Assembly: GCA_973895155.1 (NCBI GenBank)
Contig: OZ316895.1
Span: 928,435-992,434, forward strand
DNA length: 64,000 nt
Direction of reading: 5' to 3'
Source: Marsupella aquatica
Taxonomy: Eukaryota > Plantae > Marchantiophyta
Part shown: in pieces, positions 1 through 13,210 of the stretch
How positions within the stretch are numbered: the stretch's first letter is position 1
Layout: each line of letters begins with the position of its first letter
The notes under the pieces: model-generated
What the model saw: only the letters and a program-made list of their open reading frames with translations
Database searches by the model: none
Told to the model about the DNA's origin: nothing
Made by a program: the position numbers and the translations under genes

Positions 1-3000
1 ACAAATATTGCTCCAAGTTTGAAGTACTCGAGTGATATCTGAGATTGTAACTTCTCGAAACGTTGCATCCTGCTTCCTTCTTGGGCAGGGAGGGGGAAAG
101 GGGAGAGGGCATGCAAACACAAGGGCCGCATAACTGGCCATTGAAAAGAGGGTTTCCAACCTTCCAATGGTTTCCAGAGTTTCTTGTTTCAGTGTTGGAT
201 TGTCTATAACGGAGGGCCCAAGGAGCTGTCTATTGTCTGGGGAGGGGACTATGTAGCTATAGGGGACGCATGGTACATCTGTACATGGCTATACCTTACT
301 ACATCTAAGGAGCTTATAGTGGGGAATACTACTGTAGCATTGGCTGGAATTACTGTGGGTAACGGTGAGTGTGCTAAAATGACCCAAATTTGCCCAAAGA
401 AGCATGATTTTGTGGTACTTCACTTGAGTACAGATTGATAGTAGTTCACTTGAGTAAAGATTGATAGATATTGGGTTTAACTATTGTGGTTGACTCTTGT
501 GGTTGACTCTTATCTTTATGTGGTGTTTCACATATTTCTCCTTACTTTTTTAATTATTTCAAGTGACCCAAATGTTTTTCCCTATGGGCCCACTATTGTG
601 AATTATGAAGCAAGAAATAGGAAGGAGGCTTTAGCGTTCCGACTCGACGACGCTGAATTGTTCCTCACCCGCATTTGGAACTCCCAATCTACAGTCGTCT
701 CCTACGTTTAGGGAGCTCTTGTCACGAAACCAAAGTAGTTGTCACGTCCTGATAGCGGTAGTCATATCAGTTATCTAGAATTTTAGTTGTGCAAAGTATT
801 CATGCACGCACCGGAATTTTGCATTCATGCACACTCCGGAATGGACCAAACAAGTCAAAACTGTGACTATATTATTTTGACTCCTCCTTTACCGAGTGAT
901 TGATTGGACGAGAGTGGTGACGTAGTGGAGCTAGACCAATGCCATGAGGTGCTCGACTACACGTGAGTCTGATATTTATCCTGAGAATATACAGATATCC
1001 TTGGGGCCAGTATGTCATACTAATCAATGCAAATCACTTTTTCCTGATTCCTCGAATGATGAGTTACTGTGGAACAGTTCCAATAGAGTAGGAGAATTGC
1101 AGAGCCTGGGCTCCACCTGGTCTGGTCCACAGTGGTCCTCGATCGATGCTCCCCTTTCTCTGATTGCAGAACGCAAAAAACAACTTCAGCACTGAAGTCT
1201 AGGGACCTCTGCGAGCGTTAGTGATGGGATGACATCATAACGCCTCTTTTTACTCTCTCTCTCTCTCATTCCCAAAGTGCAGATCTCTCTCTAGAAGTGC
1301 ATGTAGACTTGTAGAGCCTCGGCTGGGCTCCACCGCCTCTAATCTTGATCAGCTCACATCTCTCTCTAGAATTGTAGTCTGGGCTCCACCCCTTCTATTT
1401 CTCGGAAGGATTGATCTCTCTAGACTCGCAGAGCCTTTGCTCCACCTCCCTACATAGCTACAGGCTACATCTGCCAGCGCCGGGCGCATCTCCTTTACCT
1501 TGTGTAGACAGCATCAGGTTCATCTTGACTACGCGGTTGCCCATACTTGTCATCTTAAGCAGGATAGTTGGCCGGATGCTGTCAATGACCACTTCGTAAA
1601 CTGCAATCCGGCTTCCCCGGCTGTCTGTTGAAAAGCCATCAAAACAGTGGCTTGCGGGCTGGGGGGTACTTATGTTTTGATAGGTTTTCATAATCATGAT
1701 TCTTTTATATTTCGATTGAAACTCTACTAAGCTTAGGAAACAAGGAGCAACCAATAACCCTGGTCAATCACCCTGGTTGCTCTGGGTTTCATTTGGGGTT
1801 TGGTTTCACTCTATTCAAATTAGAAGAAAAAGGAGCCACTCTTGTAGACTGAGTGACTTGCATGCCTAAAAAACAGAGCAACCAGTTACAATTCAGCTGC
1901 CTTTTTGGAAGCATTTTGGCTTCCACGAATGGAGTTGATACCTAAAGCGGTGTCTACCTGTCTGACGAGTTAGCAAGTGCAGTAGGCCAAAAAAGTAGTC
2001 TGTAGCTAGACCATAGTAGGCGCCGTCAATTGTAGTCATCATGCAGCCACAAGTTGTATATAAGGCTGGCCATTGGCTCGGAGTTTGTGGCATCGGATAG
2101 ATAGGCAGCCTTCGATAACAGATAATTATCTCCTTTCCTTTTCAATTAGTTAGTGGAGCCCTTGGCTAATAAAATCAGGGGGAAGAGTCAATGTGAGCCA
2201 TCTCTATTTCTTATCTCCGGAAATCTCGTCCGTCCATCATAATGGCCAATCTATGGCTCAAAAGAAAGATCTCAAATAGATCTATGGATGGGTTCTGTCC
2301 ATTTTGCAAATGGGTTAGTATTTTTCAAATGAAAAATTAAACAAATCCAAGCTTTCCTAGCCGTCAATTTTGTTGATTTTACGATCTTTGCCGTCCATTT
2401 TGAAATGCCTCTAGAAATTTTATTCATCCATGTTAGAAGGAGATCTAGGGTGCAAAAGAAAGATCTCAATGAGATCTACGACTGGGTATTTTTTGTTTTG
2501 AGAATGAGTAAATAGTTTTGAGTATAAAATTCGATGAACTTTCAAGATTCCAGCCATTCTTCCTCCCCGATCCTGGGTTTCTATGTGCTCTTCCCAACAT
2601 TAATGGCCATACAATACGAGAGGTCTTTACATACCGGGAGTTGCGGTTTAACAAGGAAGTTATCAAGCTAGTTATTAGTCATTATTTATTATATGAAAAA
2701 TATTTTTTATAAATCTTTGAATTTAAGTTTTAAAATTGGAAATGTAACTAAAATGGTTACATAGTGACAGTTTTAACAGTCTTGCTCTTTGCATTTCCAA
2801 TGTTTTTACTTTTCTTTTTATGGCACGGCGTCCCAAAATTTACACCCAAATTGACACAAACACGAATGAAAACTATAAGTTTGATTCACAAAACTGATGA
2901 GTCTTGTTTGTTGCAGTTGTTATTGATGTGGCACGCTGTGGTGCCAGGAATTTTGGAAGGGACCTCTAGTGAGGTCCTCAAATATATGATCGATTTTAAT

Positions 3001-3559
3001 TATTGTGGATGTTGTGCAGTTTTGAGGGGTTTCTGTACGCCTTTACACGACTGCTGACGTCTAGGGCCCACTTGTGTCATTTTAGTGGTCGTGGTTACTC
3101 CAGTTGTAGACAAGAACAGTGAGTTTTGAAATGGTTTTGAAATAGTAGTTTCAAGCCTCAGTTAATTCTTGAAACTACGATAGGTTGATTACAGGTTCCT
3201 TGAATGTAAACAGAGATCAATGTGAATGACAAAACTAGAATGTCAAAAGAAGAAGATGGGACCCCCAAAATTGATTATCATACTGTTCCTTGAATGAAAA
3301 TAGAGCTGTGGTGGAAAAAAACCTTGAACAAAAAAGAATTCCAATTATTTTTTGTTCATCTTTGCCCCCCTTCGCATTTTTTTGTCTAATCCCCCTTTTC
3401 AATTCTGCCCTCAGTTAGAGTCAAGGGCTAGAGGCTTCACTTTAGCGAGTAGGCCCACGGATGCACCCACAACCCACCAACCCACAAAGAGTGCAAAGAA
3501 GCACAACAGACTTGCCATCTCGGCCTAGGAAAATTCTGTAGTTTCTGTTTTGTAGTTTT

Positions 3560-3667
3560 GGTTGGTTTGTTTGTTTTCCTTTTAAGGGAAAACCCCACAG
3601 AAAGGGAAGAGTCAGCCTATAACAGTTGAACCCACGATCTATAAGTCTCTACTCAAGTGAGCTACCA
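3560..3667 (-). mobile_element. Degenerate tRNA-derived SINE-like element
   Basis: Minus strand reads TGGTAGCTCACTTGAGTAGAG (A-box-like), then GGGTTCAACT (B-box-like), then an A-rich tail (AAAAGGAAAACAAACAAACC). No full cloverleaf. Confidence 0.4.
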
Positions 3668-3899
3668 CAAAGTAGTTTTGGTTTGTTTTGAGCACATGGT
3701 GCAGAAAAAATGCCAAAACAAAATACAATGGACTAATAACAAACCAGGCAAAGAGCAAACAAACATCAAACTCAAAAGAAGGGCAAAATGCAAACTCCCA
3801 AACCTAGAAATTTGAAAAGAGATATAAATATCCACTTTGATAGTGTGATGAGCTGATGGTCCACATCGAATGTCATAGACTGGGTTTTTAAGTGAGACA

Positions 3900-4300
3900 T
3901 GGATGCTCTCTAAGGGGCCATCACTAGACATCTATGTTCTATTTTTTGAACTAGAGAACAACAATTCAATCAGCACATTGATTCAAGTAGTATGCACATC
4001 CGCTGCCACCAAAACATCACAAATCGGTCACAAACTTTCCAAACGACAGCTGCTCACAATTCCAGCTCTGATATAATTTGTTGGGGATCTAACAGGACAA
4101 CATGAAAGCAAAGGAACCAGCATATAATGAATCAACACTCACAAAGAGAGTATGCAGTTCATCCTGTTTGGGCTATCAATGTCCATGGCTGTGAGAGAAT
4201 AATCAATATGAACATAATAATACACTCACCATAGCTGGGATTTGGGTTACATGTCAATTTAAGTTTCCCTGCATTTGTTTGTCTCCAAAAAATATTTCTG
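3900..4300 (-). mobile_element. Ty1/Copia remnant (LTR end, degenerate PBS, gag N-terminus)
   Basis: Minus strand ...CCCCAACA (LTR-like end near 4079) is followed by TTATATCAGAGC, a degenerate form of the tRNA-iMet PBS TGGTATCAGAGC, then a WQRMCILLE gag-like peptide. Boundaries approximate. Confidence 0.4.
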
Positions 4301-5284
4301 GCATTGCTTCAAATTAAGTACAATGTAAATTTACATTTCCCTTAAAGGGGCACAAACATAACACACCAGTAAGGCATTTTTCTGCAAAAGGGATTTGAAA
4401 CCCTCCTTAGAATAATTATTTCAATACATAAATGTCTTATAATAAACCAACACTAAGAATCTAATTTATGCTAAAATAAAACAGAGAAAAAGTAACTATG
4501 GTTTGCAGTGTAGAAATCATGTGACAATTTTTTTCATTGAGAATTCTTATGATCGTCTACGGATATGTTTCGCTAGCTACAGCAGTTACCAATATTGGAG
4601 CATAAGCATAATATTATACTTATCAGATACTTTCATGCTCCACGCTTTTTGCAAAAAGCGTCCTTGGTCTATTGTGCCTAGCCTATAATACATTTGATCA
4701 TGTGACTTTACCTGTTAAAACCCAGTCTGATACTTTCATGAACATACCTCACAATTCATAGTGCAGGGAACAACCAGTCAATGACTGTCCTGATTGGGCG
4801 TCCAATTGCAGTGGCCACCTGCTACCTAAAATCCAATCGATGACCCATGCTGGTAAAGTCAAAATAAGCCTCTCCTATTGGTGGTGATCTTATAAGACGG
4901 TGATCTTATTCAGTTCTGCTTTTGCTCAAATTGTTCTCACTCGGTCCTCATAATATGCTTGGACTTCTCGTCTTATCTATTGGTTTTATTAATTGCAATA
5001 ATCCTGATTCGCTGTTGTGGTTTAATAAGAAGTCGGACATTTTACAGGCGGACGCACAAGATTGGTCCCCATATATAGCAGTACCGTGCAACAAGATTTG
5101 ACAATACCTCCAACCTGGCAAACTACTTAGAAGGGAAGAAAATGTAGGTGTGTATATCACCAAAGTTTCAACAGGTGAACAGCTTGAGGCAATCAAGCAT
5201 TGACCAGTTTTTTGCTGCCAACTGTGGACTTGACGGGTGGACAACGACTGGGGAGGATTTGGGACGACAAATGACATATGTCGT

Positions 5285-5890
5285 CCCGGTCGATCCCGGT
5301 CGAACCCAGCCCGGTGACAGTGTCGGGCCGGGAGAAAGTAGAGCCGGGCCGGGATCAGGTTTGGAATGTTGGTCGGGTCGGGTCGGGCCGGAAGATCGGC
5401 TGGGGGGGTGGGATGGGATGGGATGGGTTGGGCCGGCCGGGAGTCGGTTAGGGAGAGCCGGGCCGGGAAATGCAGGCCGGGCCAGGAAGAGATGTACGGC
5501 CGGGAAGGACAGAGCTGGGCCGGGAGGGGAGGCTGGGAAGAGAGGGAGGGCCTGGAAGGGGAGAGAGTGCCGGGAAGGGGAGGTAGGGAGGGCCGGGAAG
5601 GGAGGGAGGGCTGGGAGGTTGAGCCGGGCCAGGAGTGCGAGCCAGGCCAGGAAGGGAGGGAGGGACGGGAGGTCGGGCTGGGCCGGGAGGTCAAGCCAGG
5701 CCGGGAAGGAGCGGTCGGGCCGGGAGCTGGTGTGGGGGCCGGCTCACTTACCCAGGGGAGTCCGGGACTTGGCCGGGAGATTTTGGGACCGGGCCGGGAG
5801 GGTCGGGACATTGTGGGACTTGGCTGGGAGGGGTCGGGAGAATTTGAGACCAGGCCGGGTATGGGCCGGGAAGTTTTTGTCCCGGCCGGG
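5285..5890. repeat. G-rich degenerate minisatellite built on GGCCGGGA/GGGAGGG motifs
   Basis: Many GGCCGGGA-type cores with strong G skew on the plus strand. Explains the overlapping stop-free ORFs 4948..5922, 5148..6095 and 5366..5917. Confidence 0.85.
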
Positions 5891-8744
5891 GAATATACAG
5901 GATTATTGGACAAATAGGCCATTTTTGGGCGGACAAGTTGTCATTTGTCGTGTCGGACAAGGATTCTGCAATTCCCCAGTCCAATGCCAAACCCCAAGGT
6001 TTAGTGCATGGAGTGACTGGAGCTGTACCTATTTTTGTCTAAGTGCTTCAATTGCACGAGTTCAGGCAAGTTGCAATAACAGAGTTTGGGGTTAAGGCAG
6101 GGCCGGTTAGAGCCGCACATGCTTTTGGGAGTTCTTATGCTTTTCCCTTTCAATTTGCTGTCGTGCCAGCTCTATCTTTTTCACTTTTTAGAAGTCATTG
6201 ATGGGGAAGGAAAATGGCAGAGACGGTTCCCTTGCAATGGCAGATGCGGCAAGCAAGAATAAGGAGCCAAAGCTATTAAAGCACAACTCAATATGATCTC
6301 ATGCTCAGGATTTGCTCATTTATCTGGGGCTACAGGCCATTCAAAGGGGTCCAGGCTGTGATGATTTAAGATGGTAAAGTTAGGCACTGCAATATGTGAT
6401 TCTCAAACAAAGATCTGAGTTGCTTGGGGGCATTCTTCCATAGGATATCAATTCCCTGATCAATTCTAAAACTTCACGTTATCACAATTACTTATTATTC
6501 CATCTTGACAAGACATTGCATTTGCAAGAATTGCCCTAGTAGGCACTCAGAGCAAGTTTACATAATCCATTGGACTTGCTGTCTGCTACTTTGTGCACTG
6601 GGAAGCTAATGTCAGAGGAATTGTTCCATCTAGATTTAAAGAGGAACCTCAGTTGTCATTGGAAATGTGGCATGGGAAGAATGACCACAAAGACTACAAT
6701 GGCAAGTGGATCCTCATTGACAAGGTTTGGTTTTCAATTATTTTCCAAGTAGGGGCCCAAGTAGGGCACATCACAGTTTCCGTCCAAGAGGAACTGAGTT
6801 TTGTATCAAACATTGCATCTTTTTAATTGGAATGCAAGGTTTGTAGTGACAAACTGCCTGAAATTAGTTTCTTTCATTCAATTTGTGAATCTGTGGACTG
6901 GACTAGTGAGTTTTGCTACATTTTGGCATGCTTGTCTACATTTCTGTGCAAAGAACCCCTGCTGCCATATAGGATCTGTCACATGTCAGTTAGATGCACT
7001 CATTGAATGTCCACTCCAATCCAAATTGGCTTCTATATTGGATTAGTGCACTATTTCTGAAAGCATGCACTTACCCAGAAGTGCATAACCAAACTAATCT
7101 GCACTTATTACATAGTGCATTCTGTGTGTAAGTGCTGGTTGTTGTTGTCTTAGTTCCCGGGAGCCAACACTTATACACATACAATTCACTCTAGTTCATT
7201 TCTGGCTTCACCTGAACAACACCGAGAACAACATGTTGACAAAGAATCTATATAAGTAAAGCTCAGGTTTCAAACAAGCTTGTCAGCTGGTTTAGAAATT
7301 GGTTGTTAGGTGATTGGAAGTCAGCATCAAAGTCAATGAATGAGATCTCAAATCCAACAAATGTTGATTTGCATAGCTTCTACTGGATGCATACATTTTT
7401 TGACAGTGCCTTTTTTTCTAGAAGAAAGTCTTTGTCATTCGTGAAGAGCAGTAATCCAGTTTTTAAGAGGCACATATGAAGAGTGAAGCAAGAGTGCATA
7501 ATATCAGGGACTTTGGAGGGCAAAAGCAAATAGACATTTAGAGGGACTATTTCTACAGTGTCCCTGTCCAATCTTTATTCGGAAACAACAAGCAACTACA
7601 TAGCATTCACACGTAGCATTTATAGAGATCTTCAGGACAAACACAATTTGATTTTTCCCAGCATGTTTGGGAATGTTGAGGGCTAAATATTTGAGGACCA
7701 TCACGTGCAAGACGGCCCTTAGGCAATGGATGTGTTTAAAATGAGGAAGGGTGAAGGGTGGGGAGAGGATGTTAGTAGGGTGCAGGCTTTCCCGTCAGTT
7801 TTTTACGGGAATCATTGGGGTCTGTCATCTTTTTTCCAAAGCAACTTTCCAAGGCAGCTATTGGAAGCAACTACAAATACCAAATTTTGACCTTGCACAC
7901 CCAATGAGAGACTTATTGGCTCCCATAGTTTTTCCAGCCCCAACTGTGTATGCAGCAAAGATTTTCTCCTCTGAGTCACCCTTCCTGATTGATCCTTCCA
8001 AACAACTTTTAATTGCATTGCCACTAAAGATGTTGGTAATACAATACTGCCACAGTTTTTCCAGAACTTATAATATCTCCACAGTTTTGGCACAAGGTTA
8101 CTTGGGTTAAGTAAGGTTCAATGTGTCACGCCCTGATTAGGTGTATTCTCGGTCTAGGTTGTTGTGGGTTTCAATTTTCAGTTGCCCAGTCTAACAGGGT
8201 ATGCAGCGGAAGGGCCACTCAGATTAGGATTTCATGTTGGGGACTGAATTTGAACTGGTAACATGAGCCACGGGAGATCAGAGAATCAATTCTAATGGAA
8301 GAAATGTCAATTGCAGTCCACATTGAGCATTAAAGTATTACACATGAGCACAATACATGTCTAAATAGCTTAGAAGGTGAACATGGTCATTCACAAACAC
8401 CCATGAATTTAACATCTGAACAATCCAGAAGCACTTCACGTGTGTCTTCTTAGCCTGTTTGTCTCAAGGTGTGTTAGTGCATTTCGGCAATAAAACAATC
8501 CTACAAGCATGAGCAAGGCTCAGTTACATTGTCTTTGTCACTGACTTGCTTGATGGCATACTTCATTTTGTGAATGAAAATTTCTGTTGTTGCACTGCTT
8601 AGGCAAAAATTGTAAGTAGTGGGTAATTCCAAAAGTATGAAGAAACTGAAATTTTTTAAATTTTCTATGGTGTTTAAACTATAATTATTGCTAACATAGC
8701 GGAGATAGCATTCTGTCTACAAGTTATGGGTTCCCAATTCTAAG

Positions 8745-8865
8745 TTACGAGTAAACTCCTATTTATGAGTTTATGAGTTTACTAGTTACTAGTTAATAGT
8801 ATCCTGGTTTATGAGTTTACGAGTTAACGACTGTTATGAGTTTACTAGTTAAGGCTTTATGAGTT
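8745..8865. repeat. Short degenerate tandem repeat (TTATGAGTTTACTAG / TTACGAG)
   Basis: Repeated TTATGAGTTT, ACTAGTT and TTACGAG units visible directly. Confidence 0.6.
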
Positions 8866-9068
8866 GTGCCTTGCAAGTTGGCGACCGGTGATCGCGACGT
8901 CTCACGGCTACCTTCAACGGGACTTAGCAACGGGATGGCGAGCGCGTATTGAAGTAAAGGCAAGCTAGGTAGACCTTGGGCGCTCACTCCTGACTAAATC
9001 CCTACCTCCTCTATTGATTCTCTCGGCCTCCCCATTTCTTTGCCCTACTACAAGAAACAATTTGAGCT

Positions 9069-9574
9069 ATGGCTGGCCTGGGAGCTGATGAGCAGTACCG
9101 AGTTGACGCATTGGCAATTCCTAAGAGCGTAGTCGCTCGAATTCCACAAGCGCCCGATAGTTATGCGAATTTACAGACTTCATTACAGCAGCTAAGTCTG
9201 GGGCATCTACTTGTCGTTCCTTGGGACGTAGAACTCGACTCATACTTGCAGGATTTTGTGAAGGGGTCGCTGCTTGCTCCTGAATTTTGACAGACCATTC
9301 GAGCTCGGCCAAGTCTATGGACTGTGGAGCAAATTGCTCATGCCTTCCGCTGCCCTTCAGAAGGAGAAGGATTGTATTCAAAGAAGAAAGATTTGTCTAC
9401 TCCCTACTTCTCTGGGATTCGCAAACTCACAAACGGCTAGAATCTAACACAGTGTACTTATCCAGATTTGAGAGTGCTTCTGGAATTTCTAGTGCCAATT
9501 TTACACCCGAAAAAGCCAACCATTTGCCCAGTGACTTTGGTGAACACAATTGTAGTTGCACACAGTGGAGCCAT
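9069..9574 (+). pseudogene. Retrotransposon-associated accessory ORF, decayed and truncated by the next insertion
   Basis: The frame of ORF 9069..9290 continues through two in-frame stops: QTIRARPSLWTVEQIAHAF...TNG*NLTQCTYPDLRVLLEFLVPILHPKKPT...GAI. It ends at TGTGACGCC (9575). Confidence 0.55.
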
Positions 9575-10305
9575 TGTGACGCCGCCGGTACGGCGAGTAA
9601 TGAGCAATTCGGTCTAAACCGTGCCTAGCACGCGCGTTAGGGGTATCTTAGGCCGCTATGATTAGCATAACGACAGTATTTAGGTAGCCATTATGAGTAG
9701 GAAATCATTAGTCAATAAGGGGAATTCATGTTCGGGCTGGCGGCGCGTCGCCATTCGCACGCCCGGGTTACGAGCGTGGAGGGGCCCCTCCCTCGGGTCC
9801 GTATAACGAACTTCGGGAGGCGTCCACTGACACGCGGTGACTCAGACCGGCGGAGTGGCCAGTACACTACAAGCGTGAACGGTTCAGCCTATAGGCAGTG
9901 AGGAGATGTCGGGGGATCGGCAAGCCCTCAAGGTATAAAAAGGGAGCCGACCCTTTGGAGTGCACCAGTCCATCAGTCCACGCGCCAGCTTCGACCCCAG
10001 CTCTCTCGTTCGCTCTAAGTCGCCACTACTATCTCCTCTGAATGTCGCACACGATCCTCTCCAGCTCGGCCATTTGATTCTGGACGCAATTCCTATCTAC
10101 CGGAAGGCACTTGGCCGACTCATTGAAACACGCCAACCCGCGCCGATACGAAATCGAACGTTAGTACGAGAGAGCCATCCGCCTAGCAGGACGACACCAC
10201 TACATCCTTAACTTTGACTACCCGTCTCAGAGCGAGCTTTACCGACCGGCAGACGTATCTGGGTACTTCTTCAACGGAGACAAATATATCGGTTTCTGGG
10301 AAGCA

Positions 10306-12072
10306 TTGCTTCGGCTGCCGGACGAGGTCTTCAATATCCCGGGTACGATCGACTTGCAACGACATCACTTCGACCACATCCCTGCTCAGGTTTGGGCTAT
10401 CATCAACAGCGAGTCCAGCACTACCCGTTCGACAAGGTCGTCCGCACTTGCTTCGGAGAACTTCTACCAGCACCTGCAGAGCTTCATGGGAACTAGACCC
10501 GCAACCACCGGCGCCAGCCCAGTGGACCCCATACCCGTACCCGTACCAACGCAGACTCAGGCTCAGGCTCAGCTTCAGGCTCAGCTTCAGTCTCAGCCTT
10601 AGCCTAGCCAACCCCCACCACCGATCGCCCCGCCAGCAGTACAAGTACGCTCCGTCATCAACGCGGTGGAAAACGGGTTCGTGATGAGGACCTGCCTCAT
10701 CCCCGAGATAGCTGAGCGACTGGAGTTCCAAAGGTACGCCCTCCACATGATGGAACCCCGGGGGGAGATCTCCGCCGCCCAGGTTATCCAGGTCGAGAAC
10801 TATCGACCTAGGAGGTGGGCGTCGTACTTCGCTAAGAAATTCCATGAAGAGATGGAGCGGCAAAGGAAGACGCTGTACATTGGCGGGAAGGCGTATTTCG
10901 CTAGCCACATCGAGATCATTCTTGAGTGGTACGCTCGGTTTGATCGACGAACCCTTCCCCGTGTCAACATTACAAAGCTGGTCCCAGCTAGGTGGGTTTT
11001 CCCGGCCTTGGAGAGACGGCCCCAACCCGAGGCCTGAAGTCCAGCGGACACGCCAGCTTCACCCACCCCACCTCCACAAGTAGCTGTAGTCGTAACCGAG
11101 GAGGTACCGGATGGGTCGGTTATCGCAACCGTTGATGCGATATAACAGGCCGGGCTAAGTACAAAAGTCGGTACGGTGGAGGCCTTACCCAAGCCCGGGT
11201 CTCCCAAAGACCCACCAGTGGCTATTCCGGAGAACCGGACATTGCTGCAGGAGGACACTCCAGCCCCTTCCAACATTACGTCCCCAGGGCTGGATGTCAC
11301 TGCCCCGGCCCCCGCGCGTGTTGACGTCTGCCCGTGCCCAACTCCGGACAGGCACAACCTGGACCACCCGGAACTCTTCGTACCGGGTACATTTCTGAAC
11401 GGGCTTCTGGGAGATTTCTCTCATCAAATTGCCCGGGATACCGGGGAGTTCATAGCCCGGAAGGTAGCCTGTTTCTTCAATCAGGAGTTAGTTGCTGCAG
11501 TAAAGGCAGGTCGGGCCCAGTCAGAGGCCCTTCAGAGGATAGAGCGGTACCGGGTGGAGTCCATATACTTAAAGAAAGAAGTTGCGGCTCAAGAGGCTGA
11601 GCTTCTGCAACTACGACCCAAAGTTGCAGCCGCCGATGATTTGTTAGCAAAGGCGCACGCCCTTACCGCCCTAGCCGAGCAGGCCAAAGCTGGGAACGAG
11701 GCCGAGATTGCACGACTCTGGAACCAGATTGACAGTTTGAAGAATCAAACTGTCATCTAGCAGAAGGACCTGGAGGAGGCCGAAGAACGGGCCCAGCGGG
11801 ACACTGCGGAGATAGCCACGCTATAGGCCGAAATGGCACGGCTCCAAACCGAAGCCGAGAAGCAGGACCAGCTGGCGGGCAAGCTGACAAGCGATGCCCA
11901 GCAGCTGGAGGAGGCATGCCAGGAGGCCGCGGAGGAGACAGACGCGGCAAAGCGAGAGAGCGAATCTTTGCTAGACCAGGTCCAGCTCCTCAAGGCAGAA
12001 AACGATAGACTTTGTAAGCAGCGGGATGGCTGCTCCCACTCGGGCGGCTCTGGCAAGCGTACTAGGCATTAG
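10306..12072 (+). pseudogene. Accessory ORF upstream of gag (Pro/Gln-rich region, conserved core, C-terminal coiled coil), broken by stops
   Basis: ORFs 10306..10602, 10666..11037, 11176..11760 and 11833..12072 share one reading frame separated by stop codons. The C-terminal part is E/A/Q/K-rich and heptad-like. Confidence 0.6.
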
Positions 12073-12982
12073 CGGCGGAGTAGGAATAGAATAGGGTTAG
12101 GAGTAGCTAGGTCAGGCTATTGGGACAGGCACCTGCCTTAGTTACAGCAGTACTGCCATGCTGTCCAGCCTGCGTAGATTAGGATCTTCTAATAAGACAC
12201 AGCCGTTTTTCGGCCTGACAGTCAGATTAGTTAGGACCTAAGTCAGCAAATCTTCGGGCGGGAGGACACTCCGTTCCCCGGCCCTTAGTATTTAGTGCAC
12301 CCCTCGGTAGAGGTAGGGGGGTTTTTAGTCTCAGAGTTGGACATCCATGATATGTGCGGGGAGTCCCGACCTCTGGGAGTGAAAGAGTACCAAGGGGAGG
12401 GGGTAGGACTAAGCTCGCCGGGCGAGTGCGGAGCCGGGCTCCATTGTAGTATACTCTCTCGGCCTTGAACCTGTTCATTCCGGAGCTATCGGGTCAACCA
12501 AGTGTATGCACATGTCCCCTATGTAGTAAAATCCTTTCCCATTATTTCCTTCGTGTAAATCGAGATTGTATGCTTGTGCGCGTGTATGTGTGTGTGAATC
12601 TCGTGTATAGGTGACAACGCCGGGCCGAACGCACTACCCGAGTCGTGCACGGGGTGCAGCTTGTGGGGATGTGGTTGCGAGCACGGGTTGAGGACCTGTA
12701 TCATAGAATCCGGAACGAAGGCGGACAACACGAAGGCTTAGAAGTCCTTAAGCCGGGGTCGATCCTGTTATCGACTAAGGTACGTTTCGGTGGCGGAACA
12801 CAAACCATACCTAGGAGATGCCCGTATCTAAGAGTAGGCGCACTTAGCGCTAGTTTACGTGAATTAGGTGCATTACGCGCTTCCCTCCCTACCCGAACCC
12901 TCATATTTAGGAAGGAGGTGCCCGTTTAAAGCTGAAGCCCGAGTTTAGGCCAAGGCTGATGACGTGACATAGCCTTTGTTTT

Positions 12983-13000
12983 TGGCGCTAGATGGAGGGG
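12983..13000 (+). promoter_or_regulatory. Primer-binding site complementary to the tRNA-Asn 3' end
   Basis: TGGCGCTAGATGGAGGGG is one mismatch from TGGCGCTAGAAGGAGGGG, the complement of the plant cytosolic tRNA-Asn(GTT) 3' end as I recall it. It lies 13 nt after GACGTGACA and upstream of gag. Confidence 0.7.
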
Positions 13001-13210
13001 GCACTCTACATATCGTAGAGGGGAGACATGTGCGTATTCGCCTGGGCAGAATACACCAGGCCCTAGTACTAACCATCGCATTTACACGAGTAAATGCCCG
13101 TCACTCGTTCTCAAGCAGCTTACTTGAGGAGATTGACCAGCGAACGAGAAGGTGCAACCACAACAAGCTCCGATTCTTCGGGCTCGGAGGACTCGCAATC
13201 TCCCCGATGA

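Noticed and set aside
720-1620. LTR-like segment starting TGTCACG with repeated GGGCTCCACC motifs
   Set aside because: I could find no partner LTR, TSD, PBS or PPT, so boundaries cannot be supported.
4948-6095. Long overlapping ORFs (324, 315 and 183 aa)
   Set aside because: They are low-complexity translations of a GC-rich minisatellite that lacks stops on both strands, with no domain signal.
10183-11357. Minus-strand ORFs of 280 and 185 aa
   Set aside because: They are antisense shadows of the GC-rich plus-strand accessory ORF.
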